Translations under genes and position numbers: made by a program
The notes under the pieces: generated by a model
Told to the model about the DNA's origin: nothing
The model's input: the letters and a program-made list of their open reading frames with translations, nothing else
Databases searched by the model: none
Part shown: in pieces, positions 1 to 12,407 of the stretch
Numbering within the stretch: position 1 is the first letter of the stretch
How the letters are laid out: each line of letters begins with the position of its first letter
DNA from: Podarcis erhardii
Taxonomy: Eukaryota
Length of the DNA stretch: 64,000 nucleotides
Strand: one strand, 5' to 3'
Assembly: GCA_964252035.1 (NCBI GenBank)
Contig: OZ176205.1

Positions 1-371
1 TAAAATGGTATGTTCTCTTGGTAACAGTAAAAATAATGTTTAATTCCAGAGGTTGTAAAAAGTGTCATTGATATAATTTGCTTGTAATTTCAAAATTAAA
101 TCCACTACCAGAAAGCTTACACAGACAAATTAATGGGATGATGTAATATTAAATAATTAGGTGCATAAATATCAACGTAAAAGAGCAAGATAGTGTATCA
201 TTTGCTGCAATAGATGGCAAAATGTTAGATCTAAGAAGCAGCTCAAAATATTTTATCTATTCACTGTATAGCAATGAAGGTGTGAGTTAGGGTATGTATC
301 TGCAGGGACTTACTTATATTGTTCCCATAGTAACAACAGTATGAAAGCTAAAGCTTTAACTTGTTTTTTAG

Positions 372-461
372 GCTCCCAGATGGCTTTACGCAGCTTTTAA
401 ACCTGACCCAGCTCTACCTAAATGATGCCTTTCTGGAATTTCTTCCAGCTAATTTTGGAAG
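372..461 (+). CDS. LRRC7: LRRC7 LRR exon, 90 bp: (K)[29 protein letters not shown](R)
   Basis: Acceptor ttgttttttag, donor gtaagc, open frame with LxxLxLxxN pattern, phase 2/2. Confidence 0.96.
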
Positions 462-551
462 GTAAGCACAAATTGTGACACTTCCCTTTTATGAAAAAGC
501 ATGTGGATTTTAATTTTTTGATTGAGGGAGTTTTTAACCAAGGAGGAGGAG

Positions 552-827
552 GAGACTAAGAGGAAATATGGTAGCCATCATCAAATATCTGAAGGACTGT
601 CGCATGGAAGATCAAGTAAGCTTGTTTTCTCCTGCTACAAGAGGGTAGGACGTGAAACAAAGGATTCAAGTTACAAGAACTAAACATTAGGGAGAACTTT
701 CTGGATGTTTTTAAACAGAGATTGGATGGCCATCTGTCATGGATGATTTAGCTGAGATTCCTACATTATAGGGGATTGGACTAGATGACCCTTGGGGTCC
801 CTTCCAGCTCTACGGTTCTATGATTCT
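552..827 (+). mobile_element. CR1 LINE 3' end fragment with internal deletions
   Basis: Ends in ...ctagatgacccttggggtcccttccagctctacggttctatgattct, the CR1 terminal stem plus ATTCT(R)TG-type tail. The start coordinate is approximate. Confidence 0.8.
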
Positions 828-2460
828 TTGATAGTTTACAAACTATCATTCTAGTTTTTACTTTTTGATAGCTGTGATAACCCTTTCTTTCTGAATTAGA
901 AGTGCAATCATGTCTACTCAGAAGTAAATCCCGTTGTGTACCCTATATGACTGAAGACTTAATTGGTGTTTCTTAGGGTAACCTGACTTGGAGAAAGAGA
1001 TCCTACTACTATTGTAATGAGAGATTGATAGAGATGGAAGAGGGATAATTCTGAGCTGAATGACATCAGAGCTTAAACCCCCACACCAACAGGCTATACA
1101 GTAGACTGCTGAGGCCCAGTCTTTAATCAACAACACCAGGAGTGGGGCAGTACCGCTACTTAACTGTGCAGTGAGGGGGGCAAGGTTAGGGACACACACC
1201 AGTAGAGCCAGTCAGGTGTTTCCGCCAATGTGCCCATGCTAACCTGACTTTGGCACCACCCCTTCATCCAGTACATTACAGTGATGCCATTATTGGGAGG
1301 CCATCACCACAGCACCACCCTGACCCACTGACTGCTCCTGCTGCTACAACAGTCAACATAAAATGGAATGAAATTTGCCAGTAAATGTATTTCAATGTGC
1401 TTTTGGACACTGAGGTCTGCTGAAATGTGATGGGGCATCCCCCCCCCCGGGGTTGAGAAGAAACAACAGTGTTTTCTGACTTGTAAAATAAATATATTTG
1501 AGAACAAGTAGGCAACTTGCCGCCTATTGCTTTTAAACTGTTAACATTTGTTAGCAATTGCTTTTGCATGTAACTGCAAACCATGGTTTGACACAATGGG
1601 ACCAAGCCCTTTGATTGCAGACTTTCCACTTTAACTCATTTCAGGTGAGATACTCAGATTCCGCTTAAATATTGCAGCAAAAGTAACAAACGACAGTTTG
1701 AAAGTTGCTCACACTTCTGTTTTGCTTTAATGTATGGATCAGCTCTGACTCATAGCATCTAATATAATTTACTTTCTCAATGTACTTTCTACATTTTCTA
1801 TCTACCAGTGGAGGTATTTGACGGTGTGTTTTTAGACACCTTAGTTACCTAAACTAATGTAGTAGCATTCTTTTAGCATACCATCTGGATCTTCCAATAA
1901 TAAAAGTTAGACTAATGTGGAGTGGGATTTTGACATTGCCACATTATTATTTTTGTTGTTTCCTGTTCTATTTCAGGGGAGGCGTTAACCCATAAAGCCA
2001 TAGAGACTTCTAAATTGTATTGGCTTGTTTGTCAGGGGGGAAATAATAACATGGTGGGAATTTGCTTGAATTGTTCAAGTTATATGAATGTTAAAATAAT
2101 TTGAGCAAACGAAAGCTCTTCTAGCTCTTCCAGATAATAATGCATTACATAGTTTTAATAGCTTTCCAAATTGTAGTTTAGCTTCTTTAAGCAGATCAGT
2201 TTAGTTTGCTTTAGATACATAGTGAGAGCCTTAGGCTATCAGTGGTTATGTGAGAATCAACTGTGTGTGATTCACACAGGAAGCATTTGCATATTTCATA
2301 TGAAATTACATTGTTTGCTCTCTGGAGGATGACAAGTGTATTTATCCTTATCAAAAATTACAAACATTGTGGGAATATGTTTTGCTGGGATCCTTGAGAG
2401 AACATTAGAATAGTTTCTCTTTTCTTGTGTCCCTCTTCTTATCTTAATTTTCTCTTTTAA

Positions 2461-3388
2461 TAGAATCATAGAATTATAGAGTTGGAAGAGACAATGAGGG
2501 TCAGCTAGTCCAACCCTCTACAATTCAGGAATCTCAACTAGATCATACATGACAAATGGCCGTCCAAGCTCTGCTTAAAAACCTCTAAGGCAGTGTTTCC
2601 CAACCGGTGTTCCGCGGCACACTAGTGTGCCGCAAGACGTTGCCTGGTGTGCCGTGGGAGGGAGGCGGGCGAGTCCGGCGGCGAAAGGCGGGGCGGCGGC
2701 GGCGGCGAGCACACGCGGGGCGGCGAGCGAGCTCCCTCCCAAATCCCATCGCCGCTCGCTTCGGCCGGCCGCCCCGTGCCGCCGCCCCAAGCCTCGCGCG
2801 CCCAGCGGGAGCTCCTGCCGGGCGCGCAAGGCTTGCAGACACTCGCCCGAAGCACGGGGAGCCCTCCGGAGGGCTCCCTGTGCTTCGGGCAACAGGCTGC
2901 CGCCCCAAGCCTTGCGCGCTGGGCGGGAGCTCCTGCCGGGCGCGCAAGGCTTGCGGACAGCTTCCTGAAGCCTGGAGAGCAAGAGGGGTCAGTGCGCACC
3001 GATGCCTCTTGCTCTCCAGGCTTCAGCGAAAGCCTGCATTCGCCCCATAGGACGCACACACATTTCCCCTTTATTTTTGGAGGGGAAAAAGTGCGTCCTA
3101 TGGGGCGAAAAATACGGTACTTTCTTTGTGTTTATTTGATGCCTATTAAAGAGAGTTACTTTATATATAGTCAATATAGGCACAGAGTTAATTTTTTAAA
3201 CATTTTCTAATGGTGGTGTGCCTCGAGATTTTTTTCATGAAACAAGTGTGCCTTTGCCCAAAAAAGGTTGGGAAACACTGCTCTAAGGAAGGAGAGAGTA
3301 CCACCTCTCATTGGAGTCTGTTCTACTGCCTAACAGCTCTTCCTGTCAGAAAGTTCTTCCTGATGTTTAGTCGGAATCCTTTCTTGTA
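2461..3388 (-). mobile_element. CR1 LINE 3' fragment interrupted by a hAT insertion at 2591-3280
   Basis: Begins tagaatcatagaattatagagttggaag (reverse complement of the CR1 tail) and resumes after the hAT element with ...aagttcttcctgatgtttagtcggaatc. The end coordinate is approximate. Confidence 0.8.
2591..3280. mobile_element. Non-autonomous hAT (Charlie-like) DNA transposon, 690 bp, GC/CpG-rich
   Basis: Perfect 15-bp TIRs cagtgtttcccaacc (2591-2605) and ggttgggaaacactg (3266-3280), with a perfect 8-bp TSD ctctaagg (2583-2590, 3281-3288). Confidence 0.9.
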
Positions 3389-3750
3389 GATTTCATTATT
3401 TTAGCTGACAGAAACAAAATTCATTGATTGATTTTCTACAACCACAGCTGGCAATCACTGTCATGAAGTTAGATAAAATTCTAGAACCGCAAATATCTAC
3501 TGAATTTGAAGAGTCAGCATATTTGTCTTAATTAAATAATCTGCAAAAAATAATTTCAAGCTGCTGCTTTTCAGCTACAGATATATGGCAATGATTCTAA
3601 TTAGAGGCTGGCCAGGTGAACTGGATAAATTTTATGCAAATATATGGCTAGCATAATTTATGCTAAAACAAATAGCTTATTAGCAATTCTTGTATATGTT
3701 TAATGACTTCCTAATTTGAATTTATACTTTTTAAATTTTGATACTTTTAG

Positions 3751-3807
3751 ACTTGTTAAATTACGAATATTGGAATTACGAGAGAATCACTTGAAAACTC
3801 TACCAAA
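3751..3807 (+). CDS. LRRC7: LRRC7 LRR exon, 57 bp: (R)LVKLRILELRENHLKTLP(K)
   Basis: Acceptor atacttttag, donor gtaagt, continues the frame of the previous exon, phase 2/2. Confidence 0.96.
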
Positions 3808-4784
3808 GTAAGTGCTTATATATTTTAGTTACCTCAAATATTCAAAGAATTGCACCCCCCCCCCCGTCCTTCTGTTATGAATTGTGCTGTTTTGTTGTGT
3901 GATTCCCACTGCTGTTTCTATTTTGGAACATTGTACCACTGGGGGATATATTAATGGCTATAAATGTAAGCAAAAATGAGTAAAAGGTAGATAAGAATTA
4001 AAAAGCATACACATTCTAACAAACTTTAATCAAAATTATGGGTAAGACCCAACCATTGGTAAACACATCCGTTACACATATATGTTTTTCTAGTGTTCTA
4101 GATAATAGTTTTGTTTGTATGTACCAGCTGCCCTCAACTGGCTGATGAAAACCAATCTTACTTCCCAATCTTGGTAACTCTGCCCATCTACTTAGGATGG
4201 ACTTCCTATCATGCACAGGCAGGATCGTGATTAAACCAGCAAGCTTAATAAGTGTTTGTAAACCAACTTCAAACTCTTGTTACTAAATCTGGTTATGATG
4301 AAAAAACTTTTTTTTTTTGCATTTATGACAAGTATTCAACTTGTTTGTAATACTTGGCAGCTCTGATTATATTTGCATAATATATATATTTCAAAGCCCA
4401 GGATATATCAGAGAGTCAGAGAGCATATAACATAGATTATATTTGTGTTTGAACCCTTAATTTTTTTTTTTTTAAATTATGCAGCAGTGTCATTTTAATA
4501 ACTATCAAGCAATTACCTAGACTGAGCACCATTATGAGAGGTAATGCTAAGAGAGGCTTTGTATGTGAATAAAGGGAGTTTTAATCTCTCTGGCAGTACT
4601 TTTTCTGAGCTCAAGGCTGGTTCAGACATATCAGTTTGTGCACAAACACATGGGAAGGCTATGTTGAAACACATGCAATCCCTGCCTCCAGTGTCCCTAT
4701 CCTTTCCAACTGCAGCTTTGGGCCTTTGCAAATTGGGCAGAAGGTTTGAAATGTGATCTTTTCCACACGCCTATAATGTTACAG

Positions 4785-5138
4785 GAGAGGGACGCGGGTG
4801 GCACTGTGGGTTAAACCACTGAGCCTAGGACTTGCCAGTCAGAAGGTCGGCGGTTCGAATCCCCACGACGAGGTGAGCTCCCGTTGCTCGGTCCCTGCTC
4901 CTGCCAACCTAGGAGTTCGAAAGCACGTCAAAGTGCAAGTAGATAAATAGGTACCGCTCCAGCGGGAAGGTAAACGGCTTTTCCGTGCACTGCTCTGGTT
5001 CGCCAGAAGCGGCTTCGTCATGCTGGCCACATTACCTGGAACCTGTACACCGGCTCCCTCGGCCAATAAAGTAAGATGAGCACTGCAACCCCAGAGTTGG
5101 CCATGACTGGACCTAATGGTCAGGGGTCCCTTTACCTT
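4785..5138 (+). mobile_element. Full-length Sauria-type SINE (tRNA-derived head, ACCTTT-type tail)
   Basis: Head gggacgcgggtggcactgtgggttaaacc with B-box ggttcgaatcc, tail ggtcaggggtccctttaccttt, and a 13-bp TSD tataatgttacag (4772-4784, 5139-5151). Confidence 0.9.
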
Positions 5139-6299
5139 TATAATGTTACAGCATTAGGAAACCCAGGTTATGCTTCTGATTGTAAGCATATTCAGATTAG
5201 AATCTGCCTTCAGTCCTTCCTGCTCAATGCAAGAAGGTTGATGGTGGAACTAATCAGGTCAGGAAGGGATATTGGGTGGTGGTATGCACAGCCCTGCACT
5301 CTCTGGCCACTTTAGCTCCCCTCACCATATGTTCTTTGAATGGCTATAATAGGACCGCTGTGCATCTTCCTTGAATCTGTAGGCCAAAACAGTTAAAAAC
5401 CCTCACTGATCCAATTTTTCACTCACCAAGCAAATGAACAAATGTCCCAAAATGGGAGTGTTCATACATCAGAGTAAACCATTGTTAATAGTAAATGGTT
5501 TACTTTAAACATGCATATGGCTCCCATTTTGCACCTCCTGTATTGAGAGCAGGAGCAACAAACCATTATCCTGGCTTAGCAATTAGTCTGAATGAGGACT
5601 TCTGATTTGTTTCACACCAAACAAACCATGAAGGTTTGTTCTTGGGTTACTAAATGTGGTTTGTTATGAGTGGAACAAACCATGATTCTCAGTTCAGATG
5701 TAACACTAAGTCAAGGATCATATTTAATTCTCCACACTAGCAGTGGAGTAAATCACAGGAGCCATAGAAACATTCCTAGAAATCATAAACGGTGGATTAC
5801 CATGACATTTGATGCATTTTTCCTGTTATTATCTACTCTGACTAGTGAAAGATGCTGAATAGGATCTTTACCCAACCTGCTGTATTGTGCTAAATAAACA
5901 AAAATAGAACAAAATAAATAAAAAGGTTTCTGGGATGGGAAAGTTTAATAGTGAAAACATTCTCTCTGCATTCTGTTACAACAGAAGGCTTTGATATGCA
6001 CTGCTATAAATAAAAAATGAAACCTTATTTGATTTTGGATGTAAATGTGCCTGAGATGAAATAAGGCAATTTGTGCTGTACACATATCCCCCTTTGAAGT
6101 TTTCTGTGCAGAAAATAGATTTGGACACTGATGTTGGTGGGTTGTAGATGGCCTCTCTATCTGAGGCCTATTGGAGATTTATTAAACCTTCAGGGTTTTT
6201 TGCAGTTAGTAGCAAAGGACTGAAAAATGTATTTTATTAATATACATACTAGTTATAAAACACCACTTTGGCTTTCACCTTTGGAGGCCATAGCAGTGA

Positions 6300-7380
6300 A
6301 AAAGAAAAATATGATGGAAAGTTGGGTAACTTATAGAAATTTATTTAGAGAGAAGGGTGGAGAATTTAACTTAAAAGAGTTTAAGAATCAGGAATGTTAA
6401 CAACATGATTACAATATCATCATTTGAATGAAATATTTAAAAAGGATATGAAGTAGGGGTTTGGGGAACAACTATCCCAATTAGAAAGAGACCTGTTAAA
6501 TTGTAGTGTTAAAGTGATGTCTGAAATGTACAGGATGTTATTGGAATGGGAGACAAAGGATGAACAAGTGAAATTTTTAGTGATACACTGGGCAATAGAT
6601 GTTGGTCATAATATAGAAATGGAAGCATGGGAATGATTGTGGAACATGGATATAACATTTACAGCATGTTATAATTTAAGAGAAAATTATATGAAAATGC
6701 TATATAGGTGGTACCTAACTCCTAGTAGATTGGCAAAAATGTACAAATCAAAGTCAAATACTTGTTGGAAATGTAAAGAGAAAGAAGGTTCCCTTTTCAA
6801 ATGTGGTGGTCTTGTAATAAGGTTAAAGCTTACTGGGAAATTATATATAATGAACTGAAAAATATGTTTAAGATGACCGTAACACGCCCCCCCCCGAAGC
6901 TTTTCTCTTTGGAATTATAGGATTAGAACAACTCAAACAATATAGAAATTTATTTATGTATGCAACTACAACTGCAAGAATGTTATTTACTCAAAAATGG
7001 AAAGATGAAGAGGTGCTGACGAAAAAATTGGATACAGAAACTAATGGAGTATGCAGAAATGGCAAAACTTACTGCAAGAATAAGAAATCAAGGCAACAAA
7101 CTTTTTAGAAAGGAGTGGAAGTGGTTTATTGAATATTTACAAACAAACTGTGAACAGATTAGGACATTGGCAGGATTATTGTAAAAACCTGCAGTTAAAA
7201 AAAGAGAGAGAGATATTAGAATAGATAAATAAAAGAATAAGTTCAGACAATTTTGAGTATGCAGGAAAGGATGAAAATAAATGTAAGGAACCACAGAAAG
7301 AGGGGGGAAAGGGAGTTGAAATTGAAAATGTTAAAACTTGGCAAAATAATTATTGTAATGTCTATAAATAAGAATATAAA
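6300..7380 (+). mobile_element. L1/Tx1-like LINE, 3' part of ORF2 and 3' UTR, degenerate
   Basis: ORF 6637..6858 gives YRWYLTPSRLAKMY...CWKCKEKEGSL, the C-terminal Cys-rich region of L1-clade ORF2. It has frameshifts and stops and an A-rich end. Boundaries are approximate. Confidence 0.75.
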
Positions 7381-10300
7381 TTTTACACCCAGAGAGACGT
7401 GACATTCTCTGGCTCCCCAATATATGCTGTGCAGATGTCATATTTTCCCTCTTGCCAGTGTCCTATAAACACGGTTAGAAACCTCTATTTAAATATAAAT
7501 CTTGTTTGTTTTATTTAAAAAACCCTGCTTTTGAATATAAATCTTTAAAAGCAGTTATTTTTAAAAAGTAACCAACTACAGCATTATATATGTGAGCAGT
7601 CTTCATTCTGGACCTAGGCCTCTGAGGAGTAATTTGAGACATCCTTTCCCAACAGATTGGCACCATGATAGTATTATATACTCCAGTTGAGTATTTTGAC
7701 TAAGAGTACAGCACGATCTAACAGGTACTCGGCACATTTATGGGGGAAAGAGCACTGCAGTTTAGTCAGGTGACCTTTCCTTGCCTGAAATGTCAATGCT
7801 GTGGCTGCAGTGATGCTACAGTTATATTATGGTGCTGACCTTCTGCTAGGCAGTTTGGAAAGCTCCCTGCCCTTTCCACACTACCTGACAGATGACAGGA
7901 TCATCTGCTGGGCAAGAAAAGAGTGCTGGGATGCAGTCCAGATGTTCTTCAACAGTGCAGTCATATATTTTGCAAGGTTCACTAGAACCTTTCCCCAATA
8001 GATCAATGCCTATTTGGATGAAGAGGTTGGATAGAATGCTTACAAAGGTATTCAAAATACATAAGATTGTGCTGAAAGTGACTGTTGCTACTCCTAAGTA
8101 AGATTCTGAGAGCAGCAGTGACCATGTCATTTGAAGAGGGGAAATCAGGGGGAAAGATTGCAAAGTGTGCATGTGGTGGATTTATCTCCTACTACAAGTG
8201 TTTCTATTAGTACCCTGGTTAGTATGTTTTGCAAAACATATTGCATATATCCCCAGAAGATAGTACTTAAAGAGCAATAGGGTATAGGAGTCATCCCTTT
8301 CCATGAATTTTGAGGCATTCTTATTATCATCTTCATCATCCATTCACTATATACAATAGCAAGCTTCTATTTGTACTTGCAATTTTTCTATTCAGTTTGT
8401 CCCATTTATAGAGAGATGCAAGTACTGTAGCTAAAAATAAAAACCAGTAGTTTACATTAAGCAGGGAAAGGCGTTTGTCTTAACCTAGGTCAGGGGCAAT
8501 GTGAACAGTTGGCTAAAGGACATTGCCAATTCACTGAAAATGTAATTCCCAAATTATTCTGTTGGGGACATGTCTCTGAGGACTGTGTTGCTTGGTTGCA
8601 GCTCAGTATTGATTGAAGATAATGCAACTGTCTGAATTAATGATTAGATGTTTATAAATTGTCATGATTACTTATGGTGTGTGCTGGCATGAAAAAAAAG
8701 TTGGCTGAAAAGGGACAGTTAAAAATACTGTCTTTGGGATTTCCAATCAGAGTAAGCAGAACATAAAAGCAGACCCTTATAATGCGAAATTTTCAGTTCC
8801 TTAGATGGCAACTTGCTGGAGTTGAAATATACCTTCACTCCTGTAGAACTATTCCTATATTTTAATTAAGTATTTTAATTTCATAATGAAATTGAAAGTT
8901 GAGCTTGCTGTAAGATGCAGTTAGGCAGTATCACGAAAAGCGTGTGGTTGTGGGTGTGCCTTCTTGTGGCCTACATCCTCCTAGTAACATTGGGAAATGA
9001 AACACATAAAGCTGTGTTCTGTATTGCTAGCAAGGTACACATGGCAGCTAATGAATTGGAATGAGGCATGGAAAAACTGGATGCAATTAGGACATGTCTT
9101 GTGCTTTTTTTTGCTGAGAAGATGTGTGAGTCGCTTCACAGAAGTCTCACATTTCCTGTAACACATACTTAGGTCAGCTTTTGGTTTGATCCTGTCGGAT
9201 TCTTATGTTTGTATGTGTTTTAACCTACAAAGACGAGTCTCTATTTCATGTATCCTTGGAACAGCGTCCTGTGAGATGACCTACTATTCAGATAATGAGA
9301 ATAACACTTTCTAAAAGAATGAGATCACATTATGAGAGGTGGAAGGAGGTTTATTTTTGGATATCTGCCTTCAAAAATATTTTTAAGATGTTCTGGGAAG
9401 ACAATATTCTTTGTAATAAGAATTCAGTAGCACTGGGATGGAACATAGTACGCCTCTCTTTCTTTTATTGTGGTTTGATATAAGGTTATTAGACAATTTG
9501 CAAAACATAACTTTATATCCTTGCATGTTGGCAACCATCATTTGCGGTACTTTCAAGCAAGCATTTTGCTTTTTTGTGTAAATAATTATTGAGCACCTAA
9601 ATATTATTGGTCCATCTTGTAAACAGCATACAAGTTCAAAGATTTATAGTTTGTACTGAGCAGTTTGTATCCATGGTGTCTTTCTACAAGAAGATGGAGG
9701 TACTTGCAGTGCATATAGTTTAAACAAATGTGAACAACAAAAATGGCTTTTTATGCCAGAAATATATTGCCATGCTCATTGTTTAAAATAAGTTTTAGTA
9801 GTTCCAAACATTATTTTCAGATTAAATGTGTATTTTTAAAAGTATTTTAAGTGGAACGTCTCAGACTGCATATTCAGTGCTGCTACATGCTTAGTTCTTC
9901 CTTCAGAAAGTCGTTCCAATTAAGTTATTTATTTTAGGAATGTTGGTTGGGGACATTGCTGCAGCTGCCTGACATCTTCTTTCCCCTAGAATGCCTATGG
10001 GGTTGGCTGAGCATAATGCTTGGTTTGCTTACATTCTTCTCAATCACTCCCCCCCCATCACTTGCCTCCTCCAAAAGTCTGAATTAAATGCTCATTTCAC
10101 TTGAATATTATTCAGTGTAACCCGTTTCCCCATCTGCCCAATTTCTCTTCCTTCCACCTGTACATACCCCCTTCCAAGTACTGTTGCTTATCTTTAGAAT
10201 TTTCTTAACTGAGCATGTGCAGCCTTATTACTTTCCCTGCCTCTTGCACATGCTTTTTTTCCTTCCTTTTTTTTCAAAAACAAAACAAAACAAAACAAAA

Positions 10301-11813
10301 AAAACACTAATGGAAATTCATGGTTTTCTGCATACTTTCAGAGTTACTTTGCTAAACTGGCACCTAGTCTTCAGTGTTCTGCTCGTGTCTGTGCATGGAA
10401 TGTCCATTAGGGGCGTGATTATACATCTGCATTTCTTTAAATATAGTTTTTTGAAGGACAATTATACAGAGTTTTTCTGCTTTCTACAGATAACAATTTT
10501 ACCAGAAAATAAGTGTTTGCCTTGCATTTATTATTTAAGTCATAGCACAGTAAGCTATACTTAGTTGCATATGCTTTGTGTGTAGAAAAAACCCCTGTTT
10601 TCATTTCCAGCAGTTCTAGTTAAAAGATCTTGAGACAAAAACCTGAATAAAGATTTATGATTGAAGCCTTGTAGAAATGGTATCAGAATATATTGTAAAT
10701 AAGTTGTGTATATCACATTTCTGTCTTTAATAATTGACAGTTATCTTGCTTATTATTGATAAAGCCATTAGGCAATTATGCACTTGGTGTAAGTAGCTCA
10801 TTTTACATTGTATTTGCTGAAGATCAGGTATATCATAGCAAAGATTATTATAATAACATAGAATTTATACATATCATATTACACATAGATATGTGCAGAA
10901 ACCCATCATGCTACTTACTATGTGCATCAAAAAGATAGAAGAGGTGGGAAGAGTGTGGCACCATCTTTGCATGAAGGCTGCACCTGCATATTGAAAAACT
11001 TGTCTCCAGTTTTTTAATCCAAAGCACCTGTTCATATTTTACTTTAAATAATTATTGATCAGACATATAATGTTGTCTTTTTCCTTGATGCATCATTTTA
11101 TTTGACTGTACTTCCAGTTATAGCTTTTGGAGTTGTTTAGATAAAGGTAGTAATTAGAGTACTAGTTATACTGGCAGTCTATTGAACACTTTTACAGTCA
11201 TCCTGAAAGGTTGTAGAAGAAGTTAATTAGAAGTCAGTACCAGGGCATCTCCTTGAAAAGTCCTACTAAAACTTTTAAAACAATTCCTGCGTTACAATTG
11301 AATTTGGAATTTGAAATGACTCTTGTGTAGGTACAATTAATGATCCTCCACATTCTGTTATAGAATCATTCTGACTTTCATTGTCTTTGTTCATCAGTTC
11401 TCATTTATTTATATCTTAACTGTTTTCAGTTTGAATTAATCCTACGTGAACATGATTGACTAAACTGAACAGTTCGTATCAGGTTGCCTGTTCCCTTTGT
11501 AAACAAGACACTTGTTTTTCCAGTGACTTGGGAGAGTATACCGTCTGGTTGCAGACAGTCTGTTTGAATTAACTATCGCCTACCAGTGATGTTAGCACCT
11601 TCCCACGCACTAAGATACTTTGTTCTATACTTTAGTCCTAAGATATTTTATTCTGCTTGAAGAAGTTAGGTGTCCTGGGAAAACTAAATTCCCTAGAGTA
11701 CCTCTGCTGCCGCTGTTGCAGGATCTGAGATGCTAGGAAATGAGTAATGGAGTTCTTCCACTAGAGAGACCTCCCTTCTTTAGCGGCTGTCCACATAAGG
11801 ACAGGTAAGTGGG

Positions 11814-12094
11814 GAAGAAGAAGAAGAAGAAGAAGAAGAAGAAGAAGAAGAAGAAGAGAAGAGTTTGGATTTGATATCCCGCTTTATCACTACCCGAAGG
11901 AGTCTCAAAGTGGTTAACATTCTCCTTTCTCTTCCTCCCCCACAACAAACACTCTGTGAGGTGAGTGGGGCTGAGAGACTTTAGAGAAGTGTGACTAGCC
12001 CAAGGTCACCCAGCAGCTGCATGTGGAGGAGCAGAGACGCGAACCCAGTTCCCCAGATTACCAGTCTATTGCTCTTAACCACTATACCACACTG
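11814..12094 (-). mobile_element. MIR/CORE-derived squamate SINE (Squam3-like) with (TTC)14 tail
   Basis: The reverse complement begins cagtgtggtatagtggttaagagc (tRNA-like head), contains the CORE motif gggtgaccttgggctagtcac, and ends in a GAA x14 run on the + strand (11814-11855). Confidence 0.85.
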
Positions 12095-12407
12095 AAGAGA
12101 ATGGAGAGTAGGGCAGAGAAGCTCACAGTGTAGCAATTTGTTGGGAGGTATCTGAACCCTGTTATAACCCCAGTTAGGTCATCAGGTATATTATGGCATC
12201 TGAATTTCAAAACAGGGTTTTTGAAATTCAGATCCCATCATATACCTGTTTCCTGATTTTACAAAACCTCCTTAGTTTGCTCAGCCCAGTTTGAATTGAC
12301 CTGAGGGATGTTTTCCCAGCACCATCTACAACTTGCATTTGCAATCTGTGCTTGTTCATCTTGCAGGATTTTTTTTCTGAAGTGTGTTCTCCTTCATGGA
12401 GAGCACG

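Noticed and set aside
760-2520. Oppositely oriented CR1 3' ends in one intron as a dsRNA or editing substrate
   Set aside because: The clearly shared stretch is only about 60 bp and has many mismatches, too weak to argue for stable pairing.
2575-3210. Six overlapping 113-187 aa ORFs on both strands
   Set aside because: They lie in a GC-rich, palindromic non-autonomous transposon where stop codons are rare. The products are low-complexity Arg/Ala/Pro/Gly sequences with no transposase motifs.
4790-4865. tRNA-like sequences with A/B boxes (also 12020-12094 and 43140-43217)
   Set aside because: They are SINE heads attached to SINE bodies and tails (two of the three also have TSDs), not tRNA genes.
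11733-11948. Minus-strand ORF with a poly-Phe run, and ORF 34155..34433 with RQ repeats
   Set aside because: These are translations of the (GAA)n SINE tail and the (CTCTGC)n microsatellite.
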